Source: a virus. From it: a stretch of DNA of 64,000 nucleotides. The stretch spans positions 1 through 64,000 of IMG/VR virus record IMGVR_UViG_3300010885_033832. The stretch is one strand, 5' to 3'. A program made the position numbers and the translations under genes. The notes beneath the pieces are model-generated. The model was given only the letters and a program-made list of their open reading frames with translations. It was not told the DNA's origin and made no database searches. This document shows positions 43,301 to 49,835 of this stretch, in pieces (positions within the stretch are counted from its first letter, which is position 1; each line of letters starts with the position of its first letter).

Positions 43301-44662
43301 ACTGCGCTTGACAAGACCCTCAATGATACTACTTACGGTCTTCTTGACGCGGTTATCGTATTCTTCTTTAGTCTCTCCTGGGCGCGCCCTGAGGTTGAAT
43401 TTAGCACTAGTCGCTAGGTTTTTAGCAAGAGTCAATGTATATCCGTAGTCTTGCTCGAGAAATTTTTGATCGGCGAGTTTGCCAAACTTTTCTTGGTTGG
43501 CCGCTGCGGCTGCTTCGCGCTCTTCCTTGGTCATAGGGGGGGAAATTGGCGTCTGGAATCCGACTGACCGCTCCCGAGCGGGGGATTTTTTAGGCTTTTC
43601 TACAATCTCGCCATCTTCAGTAATATCGACAACATCTTCTTCATCTTGATTTTTAATGTCTTTATTAGATGGCTCTTCAGGCGTGACTACTTCTGGCTCT
43701 ACTTTTGTATCTTCTTGGGCTTTTGTTTCTTTGTACTGAGCGCGAGTAGCATCAATCTTCTGCTGGAGGGCGGCGTCTTTCTTGTCGAAGTCTTTGTCCA
43801 TGGGGTCGAGGTCTTGTTGCTTACCCTCGAGGGCAACAATCTCGTCAGCGAGTTGTGCTGAGGTCTTTTCGGTCGGCTTCTTAGCTGCAGCACCCTTACC
43901 CTTGGCAGTGCCGCTTGAGAGAGCGTCCCGGAGGGCACCCTTGGCACGGTTCTGCATGGCCGCGGCTTCTTCTTTAGACTCGGGGACCTTCTCGCCAGCC
44001 TCTTCAATGAGGGTGCGGTTGACCGTGGCAATAGCGTCTACCCAGTCGTCAGCCTCGTAACTCTCTCCGGTAAGTTTGTCTTTGATGAGGAACTTGCCCT
44101 CAGACGTAGTTGTGACGTCGAAGTCGCCACCCTCAGTTTCGTAGTGACGGTTGCCATCCGAATTAGTTCCGAGGTCTTTCCACCCAAGGGGGACGTCGCG
44201 ACGAGTGATGCTGGAAAGATCAGGAGTAGCGGTCGTTACCCGAGCTCCAGCAGGAGTCTTGACTCCGGCACGCTGAAGTGCTTCGGTGGAGAGTTCGGCC
44301 TCAACCTCAGAGGTTGCGCTGACGTCGACGTCATAGAATCCAGAGCGGATCCCAGCTTCTCGAGCCTGCTTGGGGTTGACGTAAATTTCAATGTTCTTGT
44401 CACCAGAACCAGGCTGGGTGACAGTACCTGTGATACGAACGGGCTTGGCGTTACCGTTCTTGTCGCGACCGAGAAGAGCAAACAAACGACGAAGGGCGCG
44501 CTTGAGGCCTCCACCCATATAAATCCACTGACCACCGTTTTCTCCGCCTGGGTCACGGAGCTGTCGACGGGCTCGAAGTGAGAGGGCTAGGCGGGAGTTA
44601 CCACCTGCTGCGATGAGCGCCTCAATCTCGTTGAAGTCGTCGAAGTCGTTATTGTCCGTCAC
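31385..44662 (-). CDS. Giant (4425 aa) polyvalent virion-associated protein with UvrD/Rep-type SF1 helicase domain
   Basis: ARAGTGKT (motif I), LFVDEAQD (II), VGDNRQALYAFRGA (III), LTKTYRS (IV), TVHGAKGLE (V), LYVALSRA (VI); located inside the head module; GGAG RBS before GTG. Confidence 0.85.
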   Translation of the reverse strand: MTDNNDFDDFNEIEALIAAGGNSRLALSLRARRQLRDPGGENGGQWIYMGGGLKRALRRLFALLGRDKNGNAKPVRITGTVTQPGSGDKNIEIYVNPKQAREAGIRSGFYDVDVSATSEVEAELSTEALQRAGVKTPAGARVTTATPDLSSITRRDVPLGWKDLGTNSDGNRHYETEGGDFDVTTTSEGKFLIKDKLTGESYEADDWVDAIATVNRTLIEEAGEKVPESKEEAAAMQNRAKGALRDALSSGTAKGKGAAAKKPTEKTSAQLADEIVALEGKQQDLDPMDKDFDKKDAALQQKIDATRAQYKETKAQEDTKVEPEVVTPEEPSNKDIKNQDEEDVVDITEDGEIVEKPKKSPARERSVGFQTPISPPMTKEEREAAAAANQEKFGKLADQKFLEQDYGYTLTLAKNLATSAKFNLRARPGETKEEYDNRVKKTVSSIIEGLVKRSQGKKAKELYATLNGDKPAESFEDVYGKDVPDVPPVKEGTPVTAEDITDVETPGRDDSLIADVNNFQKSYKDAFKKHFNVDSKDLSRPKIKEHFKSVTGRELSDEDATKLLALRKTDAFKALEAKINQQAALSKDNQDLTREEAFNLLDAADAEITALGLDDEELQDMLLDDFRSDDLFEQVKFKKDVKSTPVATIPAADTNAPKKLPFSELRAGDVVTVDGKPVTVRSISTGVTWSGIGRDNERRGVIITFATDNPRKDLERKYENPTEIKDFDLVSRDATVPDLKKYGSFDQAIVDATPGLARRLNTNIAERRASGKALTLEQLLKEGGYAKRFDPDTNKYFVRIDERTSATDPEDHEVEVSKEVYDAFIVEEEIAATDADTATDELLSVDTSNMSYDEKVEFGQKLWDARAAAAKEQKDKTAGVEFLRKLAEIDPDMAEYYKAVDKINEWKGRPDADQTHVQNAIAALQSHYTFEVWPTLLKRYVKGTDKLPVKGAPRAKSVVPEKLLKDPVAKTATPATPATSATPADVKTAAERFVPYGEDGGTTRVTRLENGDIEIEKFGPNGQSLRLGVAVIKKKDISPSGLLGVVGGRPGESVIYHIPTGLVIQGNRKFLEAKKLTKDLDASDVDMDWGWTDGVKPYIKKTEALRDWLKARQQAQTPATPATPKVGDNVATIKDFKNLPAGSTIILRQGTNLPFRYTRSDSNDPNNLVSKGELQTNSGQWLEQAVLPSDKDITYQLGQRESTVERVGPAKPEIAPLKVGDQVTTLDELKTLPLNTVIFTPQSGRKQAMRLTVGPDGKVNGAQLLKKNTKNVWNGMVVPSEEQVAEFLKERTYTVETLPEAKAPAAPATPKPQANVLTRATKAFLLNGKTGDRVFFNRRGGKFQEVVRGDDGYWYDANNPDTGIASGEDLAAALDQGSISNLYKGEFPRNDKGVKLSSEAFQALKVEQDKIDAAKKAARTTKAPAAPAVPATPTSTAVSDDDIQEILDKYNNSIDEMQADYDAVKKDYDDGVFNDTLERKARAELVMKLLAAAIDRAKTPSGFDSPTNKAYVQNLEKRRKLVDDILNRNANGQLSLSPDRVDELTKYRDDIDFAINKSREDNVAIPTEVYNGYINSKVADLSEEETAVSSTGDPYNDLKNSLLDPDVDSALSDVKDLFDYVDELDEISDEDRQSLIEALNTLVEAVETRMRDFDDDPEVQELAQEALSDIKKQVNKLLGIEEEVDPNAFSDKDVDDLIAEMNNDVEALQAKLDQIRAAIDSGRFDDNLENKANFEKLARIHEAAIKKLKAASTATTTEDSDEEIARKLKRERLKALLGEEDGDAVLSLIDDFNSTIEGLDDLSNRQDRDDLRGYLKDIEQLVGDTPDSQEIFDLISELTDDNITLFLGDEVDSVDQLNDSVEGAEADFRINDPELDDEFYTKRDGLWFNVADGEDAVGLSSEELFAKTENGYINLQGPGDEDDETTTTTDEENLTPVTGIADVTGVPRGSRVVIRYEDDETKKNIFEFYQVREDGTTSWRRLNPATGKFFPESYTAADLIDIQKRRYDPSKLKRMEGTGQMFINQDAGIPDGAEEEVPPTSGGQGQRDTGAGQDKDKDQDKDEKAEAKETIKRFKDALNAYESFTQILNDIEEIGEVEVVYGTEKDDRGVDQPRKFFLNAENYADFVDGVNQDLTDLGQNLNDNQKDALRGLYNDYGVEMDRLKDARLSMAEKKRRIEEIMRRRKLLAGVINGKDYTEPDPEPEEGGESGQGGEQPGTGQGEGAKPGGKTPPPGGPGGPGGGGGSGGGGGGGGRRPRDKEPRGKKNWWDEYPELVEEELPINSRTDFNAPIFQDKRVRKLIDIQRRLEDAHREYNRVRKMIENADQMGIISRTELLRDFNFWRGRITILENQIAAEERKLNISIKDLDDRINEEMKSGDYVNDEGAPYSPTADRFADGPVGADPRAVFNAWQAFKDTKFMPLKVDDIISNIDYLEDRVRRAYFDAREAQKNPDASASEKAAAFANFQRAEKERSDFVTDSYKFLQRLDPNERALWDRWAYKRSVQIRKMYDENDMVGYIKHIEFFGGLIPLIELGKKGKSDSQDGQPDGRGPSGPFLPLEGNPPPKGPGALPSEPSKPEPEPSDGDGSRPSAASEDEEDYTESTNYRDFLSIPIEEFARRRKQALRKWREYQELLGELNNEKSEYANSLDNPDEQYLTDEQREILNGYSERIAKAQERQETVQRVIAAFTEASGRRPDRGRAPKQEDAEEGKGAGAALPDEIDMSISTVDDLNSATAGDIVSNGVDNFVRGSDGLWYAADDAGVSDNTRSYSSSEVFDALDAADGQSEISGSRAPFTPSLTNSERPVTSQDRNQSASRTRVTSADIFDVAPTGARISRDVIAGADGESTKGARQVSLDTYAKGEDGQWYRVSPETDLTEEDPISDAQKSALISEIDSGMIFISDKKQSLRDALSDQQNSTGTGAASRVSKSGEPDNFSKIRRGKVGGYKARTYTAEQVYQQTGITPSEQQLKIINDFGQNQSMVIVARAGTGKTSTLKLLSDMFPEHKILLAAFNRSTAEEAAARFGANVQARTLDSLGFFGVEMTLDDPNTTYVDSDLKATKRATLNAKLDLSMGAKDGRSAKLDSTSFMSAYEATELYGIEEVVISKDDKITSDIIFSDLMSGIANGFASTADRKITLDHLLPHMSSALRKKVLKDEALAWDYVKIAQRMWDENITVPITIKNKLAFSAIDGQPFSPLPVTNSMLSKIWQLSGLANVVKKVPGGSTADTLFVDEAQDLNAAQIDLVNQLAMPNEDGLAVQVVVVGDNRQALYAFRGAVNQMFKFYDQADSVADVKNGLTKTYRSPQALVDVANVPLWLMGEPLRTTSGKSDEAPKGKIFSRILPPEVLKKMTPEIQAAIKRAGGTSMPTEQVDMHIEATNTALLGVLPTYASAGRRVAINANRREEFITNIEALSLMQMRPTTRSRKEAFANHEMGVFQNYPDLRLNAPGTSGEQSIMDKYRKGGAGLSSKVIAFLRVAEEFGMISDDTKTVKEKSSDGKTIKKDVVVKAVERRQEMLRLIRQTVSPKPSYLISGQKDYVEEYEGLITPNIPQRMADLDGDGFDFEPLVPGRFKYAVTKGKSSELLNLRITGSNIGLLGFRQRLERSKRDLLADPNISDRLREELELIKFNTTDKEFEGMRIANVYPGSDTVNVLLKEAAKARSRIEALDKDKLMGDVSMPTDAEFRAAGGKPIVKQFYTSTNFALRDEDGNVLRDPDKINKAGNPSVILGEGVVELLFERNEGTKIVTVSILDGGLKYQADASVHNPLSKDALNVLGFESTYREAEKADKPTPGEFSKFYTNNLGKEDKKRTNSPNEKPSLKQNLPGLIDFKYSLGAGNLVTFGLEGAPDEEGTPTIESLRTYIVSEGSDGEDMLTLWSNGKAVGSPKPREEVVGQFIDGRAKNKESTDDLFYAVAYAQYETIRPGQTVFQMSAVDKSARTKYSALIDGTKSGDPYTDELGYDVALLTVHGAKGLEAPNVKVGDSVFAFWEVEKNADGEPKRELRDLSDDEIMQQANMLYVALSRAEEAMDIGNMARLLEIAATVEDLLQERGIDKKDLEDYDIWSTTTSAYPTDFFIEQYKEAYEEQEKGKEKGAGPASTSSRARRASRATMALPEGINLENPSVQWRSPTSTSTHYQDFPALPEPFDNSLDWRRIPGDAPFPILEKFSEEQLLGFAKFLVDRNNNPSLEIPTGDPAIEALYKRKTNLRGLYEGLIFKRLRAKENAGVVIPEVRRQFAALFDGELDKLNAYFAEPADAPEVPEVPEVPVAPDTPEVAPPTETVTPPKAPRKPRPPRKPAQPPAEPVEETPAPKASEDVLDILKSFDFLMGGDSADKPEDSGKGAGSRQAPTTGQSQLSPDTMAEIFDRYALLAQYRKAMSEGRMSVPLEYSAGGVANRYNASIEEIMQALELMGFTPDELA

Positions 44663-44742
44663 AAAATCTCCAATGCGGATCTGGCTAGCAGAGCGTAGGT
44701 CTTAGAACTATTTTACACTAATAATGGTGTCTAGTGTTGAGT

Positions 44743-44910
44743 CTACTTGTTCTTGCGTTCGGCTATTTTCTTGAGCAGGCCACGTCGGATGTACTCCGCC
44801 TCGTGCGCCAAAGAACCTCGGGATCCAGCAACAATGAGGTCGGACTCGGGGACCTGTGACAGGTCCTCATCGTCTCCAGGGAACAAGTTGTCAACAATTT
44901 CTTTAGCCAT
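44743..44910 (-). CDS. Small hypothetical protein (55 aa)
   Basis: Manual translation MAKEIVDNLFPGDDEDLSQVPESDLIVAGSRG...ERKNK; AGGA upstream. Confidence 0.6.
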   Translation of the reverse strand: MAKEIVDNLFPGDDEDLSQVPESDLIVAGSRGSLAHEAEYIRRGLLKKIAERKNK

Positions 44911-44939
44911 GTGTCTATCCTATCTAACTTTGTCTCAGA

Positions 44940-46421
44940 CTAGAAAACGTACTTCTCAATAAAGTCGCGGAGGGCGTCGGGGATTCGAGAGTCAATGCCA
45001 GCGCCAGAGAACTTTTCCATGAATACCTGAGCAAAAAGTTCGGCAAACGCTTCGTACGGGTTAGTCATTCCATACTCGCTGAGCGCGGCCAAGATCCATG
45101 GGTTAGCCTGAATGAGTTTGGCTAGTCGAGCTGAAAACTGAGCTGCGTCTTCGCGTTCTCCGTTGAAGTCGACCTCTTCTGTTACACCCTCAGGGGAGTC
45201 GCCAAAGTCGATGACGTGCCCCCACTCATGGTTGATCACATACTCAACAAATCGGTCTACCCCACCTGAGTAAGCAGCCATCATCTGCCATGCCTGATCA
45301 CCGCGCTGTGCTTTTAGACGTTGTCTATCAAAGAACCTGTCAAGACGGTCTTGCGCGGCAATGTTGTCAGGGAGGAGGACCGACGCGTCAACAATGATTG
45401 ACCTCGTGGCTTTGTCGTAAGTTGGTTCACCATTTTGATCTAAATACGAGACTGTGGAGCTTCGAGCATACCCAGTGTAATTATCGTTGTCTGTATCATC
45501 AGGAATTCGATTAGCCAAAATAGTTACTTCAACAAGTCCTCCAGTGTCCTTGGTGTTATCACGAAGCTTTTGAATATTCTTGAGGAAAGAGTCAATCTTA
45601 TTGGGGTGCGCCCTAAATTCTTTACTGATTGCAACGGTAACATTGCCTAGCCGATAAAGATCGACATTCTCGTAGGCTTCAGCCTGTTTCGCAATAAAAT
45701 CTTGCTGAATATCGAGGATATCCTTGCGAAGACGATCCTCCCACCCCGGACCATCAGCTTTGTAGCTATCGATGATGCTAGCGCTACTAGGGTCACTGAT
45801 AAATCGATCATATTGCCTACTCGCAACGCGCCCAGCAATCTCATCAAGATAGGACGAGGCCGATACATTTTCCCAGCCGTCGATATCTACGCGGGGGAGA
45901 GACCGAGCACTCCCAGCATCTCGCGCCATAGAAGACCCGGGAGTGACGTCGGGACTTTGATATCGCTGGGTGTAGTCGTCGTCAATGATGATTTCTATAC
46001 CATCGTCGTCTTCGCCCATCTGAGAGGCAGCACCCTTACCCATGTCGGAGAGATTAGGGATGTTGCTAAGATCGGTGGGAGGCTTGGATTTGATTCCCAG
46101 TTTACGAAGAGTGCTTTCGGGAATAATGGCACTGGCTTGAGTAAGATTTTTAGAATCAGCGAGGTAGTCTCCGCCGGGGACGTCGCCACCGTTCTTAGCA
46201 TCGACGCGGACAACGGCTTGGGTCGGCGACGTGATTTTGACAATCTTGCCAACACCACTACCAATTTTTCCATTAGCAAGGCGTGCAAAGAAGCGGACTA
46301 AACCGCCCATGTAAATCCACTGGCCTTCTGCATCTCGCAGTTGCCACTTCCAGTTGTCGTTTCCTTGGAAGGCGGCAGATACTAGTGAGTCAATGTCTCC
46401 ATCGTTACTCTGTGGTGCCAT
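44940..46421 (-). CDS. Zincin metallopeptidase-domain head protein
   Basis: HEWGH zinc motif plus downstream SEYG-TN-YEAFAE; N-terminal ~120 aa similar to the N-terminus of the 4425-aa protein. Confidence 0.78.
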   Translation of the reverse strand: MAPQSNDGDIDSLVSAAFQGNDNWKWQLRDAEGQWIYMGGLVRFFARLANGKIGSGVGKIVKITSPTQAVVRVDAKNGGDVPGGDYLADSKNLTQASAIIPESTLRKLGIKSKPPTDLSNIPNLSDMGKGAASQMGEDDDGIEIIIDDDYTQRYQSPDVTPGSSMARDAGSARSLPRVDIDGWENVSASSYLDEIAGRVASRQYDRFISDPSSASIIDSYKADGPGWEDRLRKDILDIQQDFIAKQAEAYENVDLYRLGNVTVAISKEFRAHPNKIDSFLKNIQKLRDNTKDTGGLVEVTILANRIPDDTDNDNYTGYARSSTVSYLDQNGEPTYDKATRSIIVDASVLLPDNIAAQDRLDRFFDRQRLKAQRGDQAWQMMAAYSGGVDRFVEYVINHEWGHVIDFGDSPEGVTEEVDFNGEREDAAQFSARLAKLIQANPWILAALSEYGMTNPYEAFAELFAQVFMEKFSGAGIDSRIPDALRDFIEKYVF

Positions 46422-47115
46422 CGTACTTGTCCATTAGCGTCAGACCATCTGCGTCATCGAGGTCTGGGTCAAGAGCGGACGTTGGTGTCCACCGAGGTTT
46501 GTCGATGCGGTCAAGGTCGTTGGCTAAACGCTGTTCAGCGTTAGCCTCAATCTCAAGTAACTGCTGGACATACTGAGGGTCGTCTTCAGGATCGTCCACC
46601 TCATCTTGCTGGGCTATTTCTGCAGCAGCAACAATGACCGAGTCTGCCAAGTCAACAAGGTAGGCGTAACTCACGCCTTGGTCCATGATGGCGTAGTTGT
46701 TGAACTCACGCTCAAGGCTTCGTGGCTGAGCACAGATTGATGCAATAAGGGCATCTTCGATAGATGCAGGAGCCTGCGTCGAGAGGTATTCAGCAAGAGC
46801 AGCGCGGGGCTGAGCGTCGGGGCGTCGAGGGTGTCCGTCAGGGAGGAGTTCCGTGTAGGAGGTGAGGACGTTGCTGTGGATGTTCTCCGCGTCGGAGATG
46901 TAGTTCATGACCTCGCGGAATGCCTGGGCGTCTCCGTATCCTTGGTAGCGCTCGTTGGCGTAAATGTAGGACAAGACCTCGTGATCGATATAAACCCGAC
47001 TCTTGTCAGCAACCTCAAAGGCAGATGCGAGAAGAGGGTCTACCGCTGGTGCGGGGAGAGACTTCTTAGCGCGGAGAGGCTCTTCGTCGTAGGAATCAAT
47101 GATGTCTTGGAACAT
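46405..47115 (-). CDS. Hypothetical head-module protein
   Basis: 236-aa acidic ORF with a leaderless -10 (TAGAAT, 6 nt before ATG). Confidence 0.65.
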   Translation of the reverse strand: MFQDIIDSYDEEPLRAKKSLPAPAVDPLLASAFEVADKSRVYIDHEVLSYIYANERYQGYGDAQAFREVMNYISDAENIHSNVLTSYTELLPDGHPRRPDAQPRAALAEYLSTQAPASIEDALIASICAQPRSLEREFNNYAIMDQGVSYAYLVDLADSVIVAAAEIAQQDEVDDPEDDPQYVQQLLEIEANAEQRLANDLDRIDKPRWTPTSALDPDLDDADGLTLMDKYDGTTE

Positions 47116-47124
47116 GGTGCGATT

Positions 47125-47562
47125 CTACCTCTCGGTCTTGTACGGAAGCAAATCAGCGTCGGGCGATTCGTAAGTCTGGGTCGCCAAGCTAGTTACGCGG
47201 GAGAAGGGGTCGTCACCTTCGGAGACAGCGCGGAGCCACGTGGCCCGAAGGGCGGGGACAATCTCGTGCCCGAGTCCCGAGTATTCTGCCAAAGAGAACA
47301 GCGCATGCTCAGGGGAGGAGTATTCCTCCTCAGGAAGGATGGTCGTGAAGGACGGAACCTCGGGAAGTTCATAAATAGGAATGTAGTTGTCCGAAACCGC
47401 ATACTGAGCCGCTTCTCGAGGGGTGAACCCTGACGCCGTAACCGCGTAGCGGTAGCGGGCACGTACATCAAGTGGGTCGAGGTTCTTTTCGTCAGCGGTC
47501 TTGTGGAGGAGTGACTCCACCTCAACCGAGAACATGAGTGGACGCTCTGGATACTGGTTCAT
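47125..47562 (-). CDS. Hypothetical protein (145 aa, start reassigned to MNQYPERP)
   Basis: ATG immediately after the portal stop codon. Confidence 0.6.
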   Translation of the reverse strand: MNQYPERPLMFSVEVESLLHKTADEKNLDPLDVRARYRYAVTASGFTPREAAQYAVSDNYIPIYELPEVPSFTTILPEEEYSSPEHALFSLAEYSGLGHEIVPALRATWLRAVSEGDDPFSRVTSLATQTYESPDADLLPYKTER

Positions 47563-47563
47563 A

Positions 47564-49195
47564 TTAGACCTCGGGTTCTGCAAGTGGGACAGGAGGAAGT
47601 GCCTCAGGTGGTGCTTCACCTGGGTTTACGGGTGTGGGTCCGGGAGCGCCGAGAGGCTGACCTGCGAGAGCCTGTTGGACCTCGGGTGGGATCGGAGCGG
47701 GGTTGTTAGCCTGTGCGCCCTGACGGATTGTCTCCATAACCTCGGGTGCGAACGCCGAGAGCATGGCTTCGGTGAGTTCGGGCGTGATAACGGCGCGAGA
47801 CTGAAGCAGGCGGAGCGTAAGTTCAGTTGGCGTGGGTGCATCGGCGTCGGAGAAGCCGTGGGCACGTCGCCACGTCTGGTACGAGATCGCCATGTTGCTA
47901 AATCCAGCATCTGCATCAGCCGCGCGGTCGTTTCGAGTCGAAACTTCGGCGGGGTCATACCAAACTACAACGCGAGAGATCTCTTCGTCGATGAACCCGA
48001 GGCTTTTGAGGTAGGGGCGGAGGTAGACAACGGTCAACGCGTCAGACAGGAGCAACATGATGGGTTCGATGTGTGCCTTGTAGAGGCTTTCATCAATTTG
48101 GACGGCGTTGGAGTACTTGACGTTGGCAAGACCAGTAACGGTGTCCTTAGGAACGTCGAGGCCCTGCAAGATACGCTCCAAAACTCGGTCTGAACGCTGA
48201 GCGAGGGCTGGGTCAAAGGAACGCTCAAACTTAAACTGCTTAATCTTGTCGGCAAGCTCGGCTGGGCCGCGAATAATGAGTGGCACGACGGCGCTCGCAG
48301 AGGATTCGTCCGAGATCGGAGTCGTCATGGCGTCAACGAGTTGATCTTCGAAGTCGTCCTCCTGCTCCTCAGGCAAAATGTTGGTTCCTTGCTCGTCATC
48401 GTCCGAGTAGGGGTAGTCAGCATCGGCAGAAGCGGCCAAAGAGAGGCCGTCGGGGAGGTAGAGTGCTCCGGCGTTGAGGCGCGAGCGTGCTGTAGCGCGG
48501 AAGGTGCGGTTCAAGAGGAGAAGTTCGGCGCACAGGTCGAGGACACCGCGCATTGAAGAGTCTGGCTCGTCCGAGAAGCGGGGGTGAGCTCGCCAAATGC
48601 GTCCGACGAAGGCTGACTTAGAGATAGGGATAGAATCTCCTGCTGGTGAGTCGCGTCGCTGGAGGATGGAGTAGTTTCCACGTGCGTCCATGACTAATTC
48701 GTCGGTGGAACGGATATCCCAGCTCTCAAGGAGGCCAGAACCAATCATTTCGGGACGCTGGACGAGGTAGCACTCGCCTGTGACGCAGAGATTGAGAGCA
48801 GCGTCGCGCAAGAGGCCAGCCTGACCACCAAAGGTTGAGCTGAGGCGAGCAAGACCACGTTCTGCAGCCTCCGCCATACCGTCGGGGATCATATCGGACG
48901 AACGAGCGTTGACTGGAGTCTCGGCGGGGTTCTCAATAACGGCTGCGTAGAGCTTGATTCGGGAAACGATAGACGCAACGAGGTTGAAGGCATACTTGAC
49001 TTCACCAATAGCGTCGTAGTATTCCCACGCCTCTTGTTGCCACTGCGTTCCGCCCGATGCCTTGCGACGTTTGAAGGCTTCGCCCTCGGCTTTGTCGTCG
49101 AGACGCATGCGAGTAGCAGCAGCGGTCAGTCCTCGGGGGGCTGCGTAGGGGGCAGCGGTGAAGGGGATGCCCGAGTCCTTGCGAAAAACGCCCAC
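47564..49195 (-). CDS. Portal protein
   Basis: 543 aa; WQQEAWEYYDAIGEVKYA, RIWRAHPR---EPDS and RILQGLD-P motifs of actinophage portals. Confidence 0.88.
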   Translation of the reverse strand: MGVFRKDSGIPFTAAPYAAPRGLTAAATRMRLDDKAEGEAFKRRKASGGTQWQQEAWEYYDAIGEVKYAFNLVASIVSRIKLYAAVIENPAETPVNARSSDMIPDGMAEAAERGLARLSSTFGGQAGLLRDAALNLCVTGECYLVQRPEMIGSGLLESWDIRSTDELVMDARGNYSILQRRDSPAGDSIPISKSAFVGRIWRAHPRFSDEPDSSMRGVLDLCAELLLLNRTFRATARSRLNAGALYLPDGLSLAASADADYPYSDDDEQGTNILPEEQEDDFEDQLVDAMTTPISDESSASAVVPLIIRGPAELADKIKQFKFERSFDPALAQRSDRVLERILQGLDVPKDTVTGLANVKYSNAVQIDESLYKAHIEPIMLLLSDALTVVYLRPYLKSLGFIDEEISRVVVWYDPAEVSTRNDRAADADAGFSNMAISYQTWRRAHGFSDADAPTPTELTLRLLQSRAVITPELTEAMLSAFAPEVMETIRQGAQANNPAPIPPEVQQALAGQPLGAPGPTPVNPGEAPPEALPPVPLAEPEV

Positions 49196-49197
49196 GC

Positions 49198-49494
49198 TTA
49201 CGTCCTATCTAGAAAATCAGAGATAATTCCCGTCACAGCAGAGAGTGCGAGCACCACGCAGACAGGGAAAAATATGGTTGGTATAAGTATACAACCGATT
49301 ACAATAAGTGAGGCCGTCCAAATGGACGTGCACCAGTTGCAGGTGAGGAGGTACCCGAGTTGAGTGTTCGGGGGGAACCGCTTCCAGATTCGATCCCGAA
49401 TGGGCGCGGAAATTTGGTCGGTTGTGATGATCCGCGCGAGGCGGAAGGTTGCCAAGGTGAGGGTCAGGAGAATTATGGGGTCTGTGAAACTCAT
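49198..49494 (-). CDS. DUF1360-like membrane protein
   Basis: LATFRLARIITTDQI--PIR and LLTCNWCTSIW motifs; start reassigned to MSFTDP. Confidence 0.75.
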   Translation of the reverse strand: MSFTDPIILLTLTLATFRLARIITTDQISAPIRDRIWKRFPPNTQLGYLLTCNWCTSIWTASLIVIGCILIPTIFFPVCVVLALSAVTGIISDFLDRT

Positions 49495-49835
49495 GCGAGA
49501 GCCTTGTAGGGGTTCCATGAGCGGAGGCGCGACCCACAACCACAACTCGAGGTGATGTGGAAGGCGATTTGACGCCCTCCTCGAGTCTGGATGCGATGGA
49601 GGCCTCGACGTTCGGCGTCGCGGATGTAGAGTCCGGGGTCGTACTCTTCTTTGAACACAACTTGAGGCCCGCCCGGCCCGTCCTGCGCCATGATGATGTG
49701 CGTAGGAGTGACAATGATACGGACAGCCGTGATGTCATGCCTTTCCGCGACAGAGAAGTCAAAGGTGTTGAGGGGCTGATCGGTGGCTGGGCGGAGGATG
49801 GCCTCGGCGGGAAACAGGTCTTGGAGGATTTTCAC
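49491..49835 (-). CDS. Hypothetical protein
   Basis: 114 aa ending CGCGSRLRSWNP; overlaps neighbours in operon fashion. Confidence 0.65.
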   Translation of the reverse strand: MKILQDLFPAEAILRPATDQPLNTFDFSVAERHDITAVRIIVTPTHIIMAQDGPGGPQVVFKEEYDPGLYIRDAERRGLHRIQTRGGRQIAFHITSSCGCGSRLRSWNPYKALA

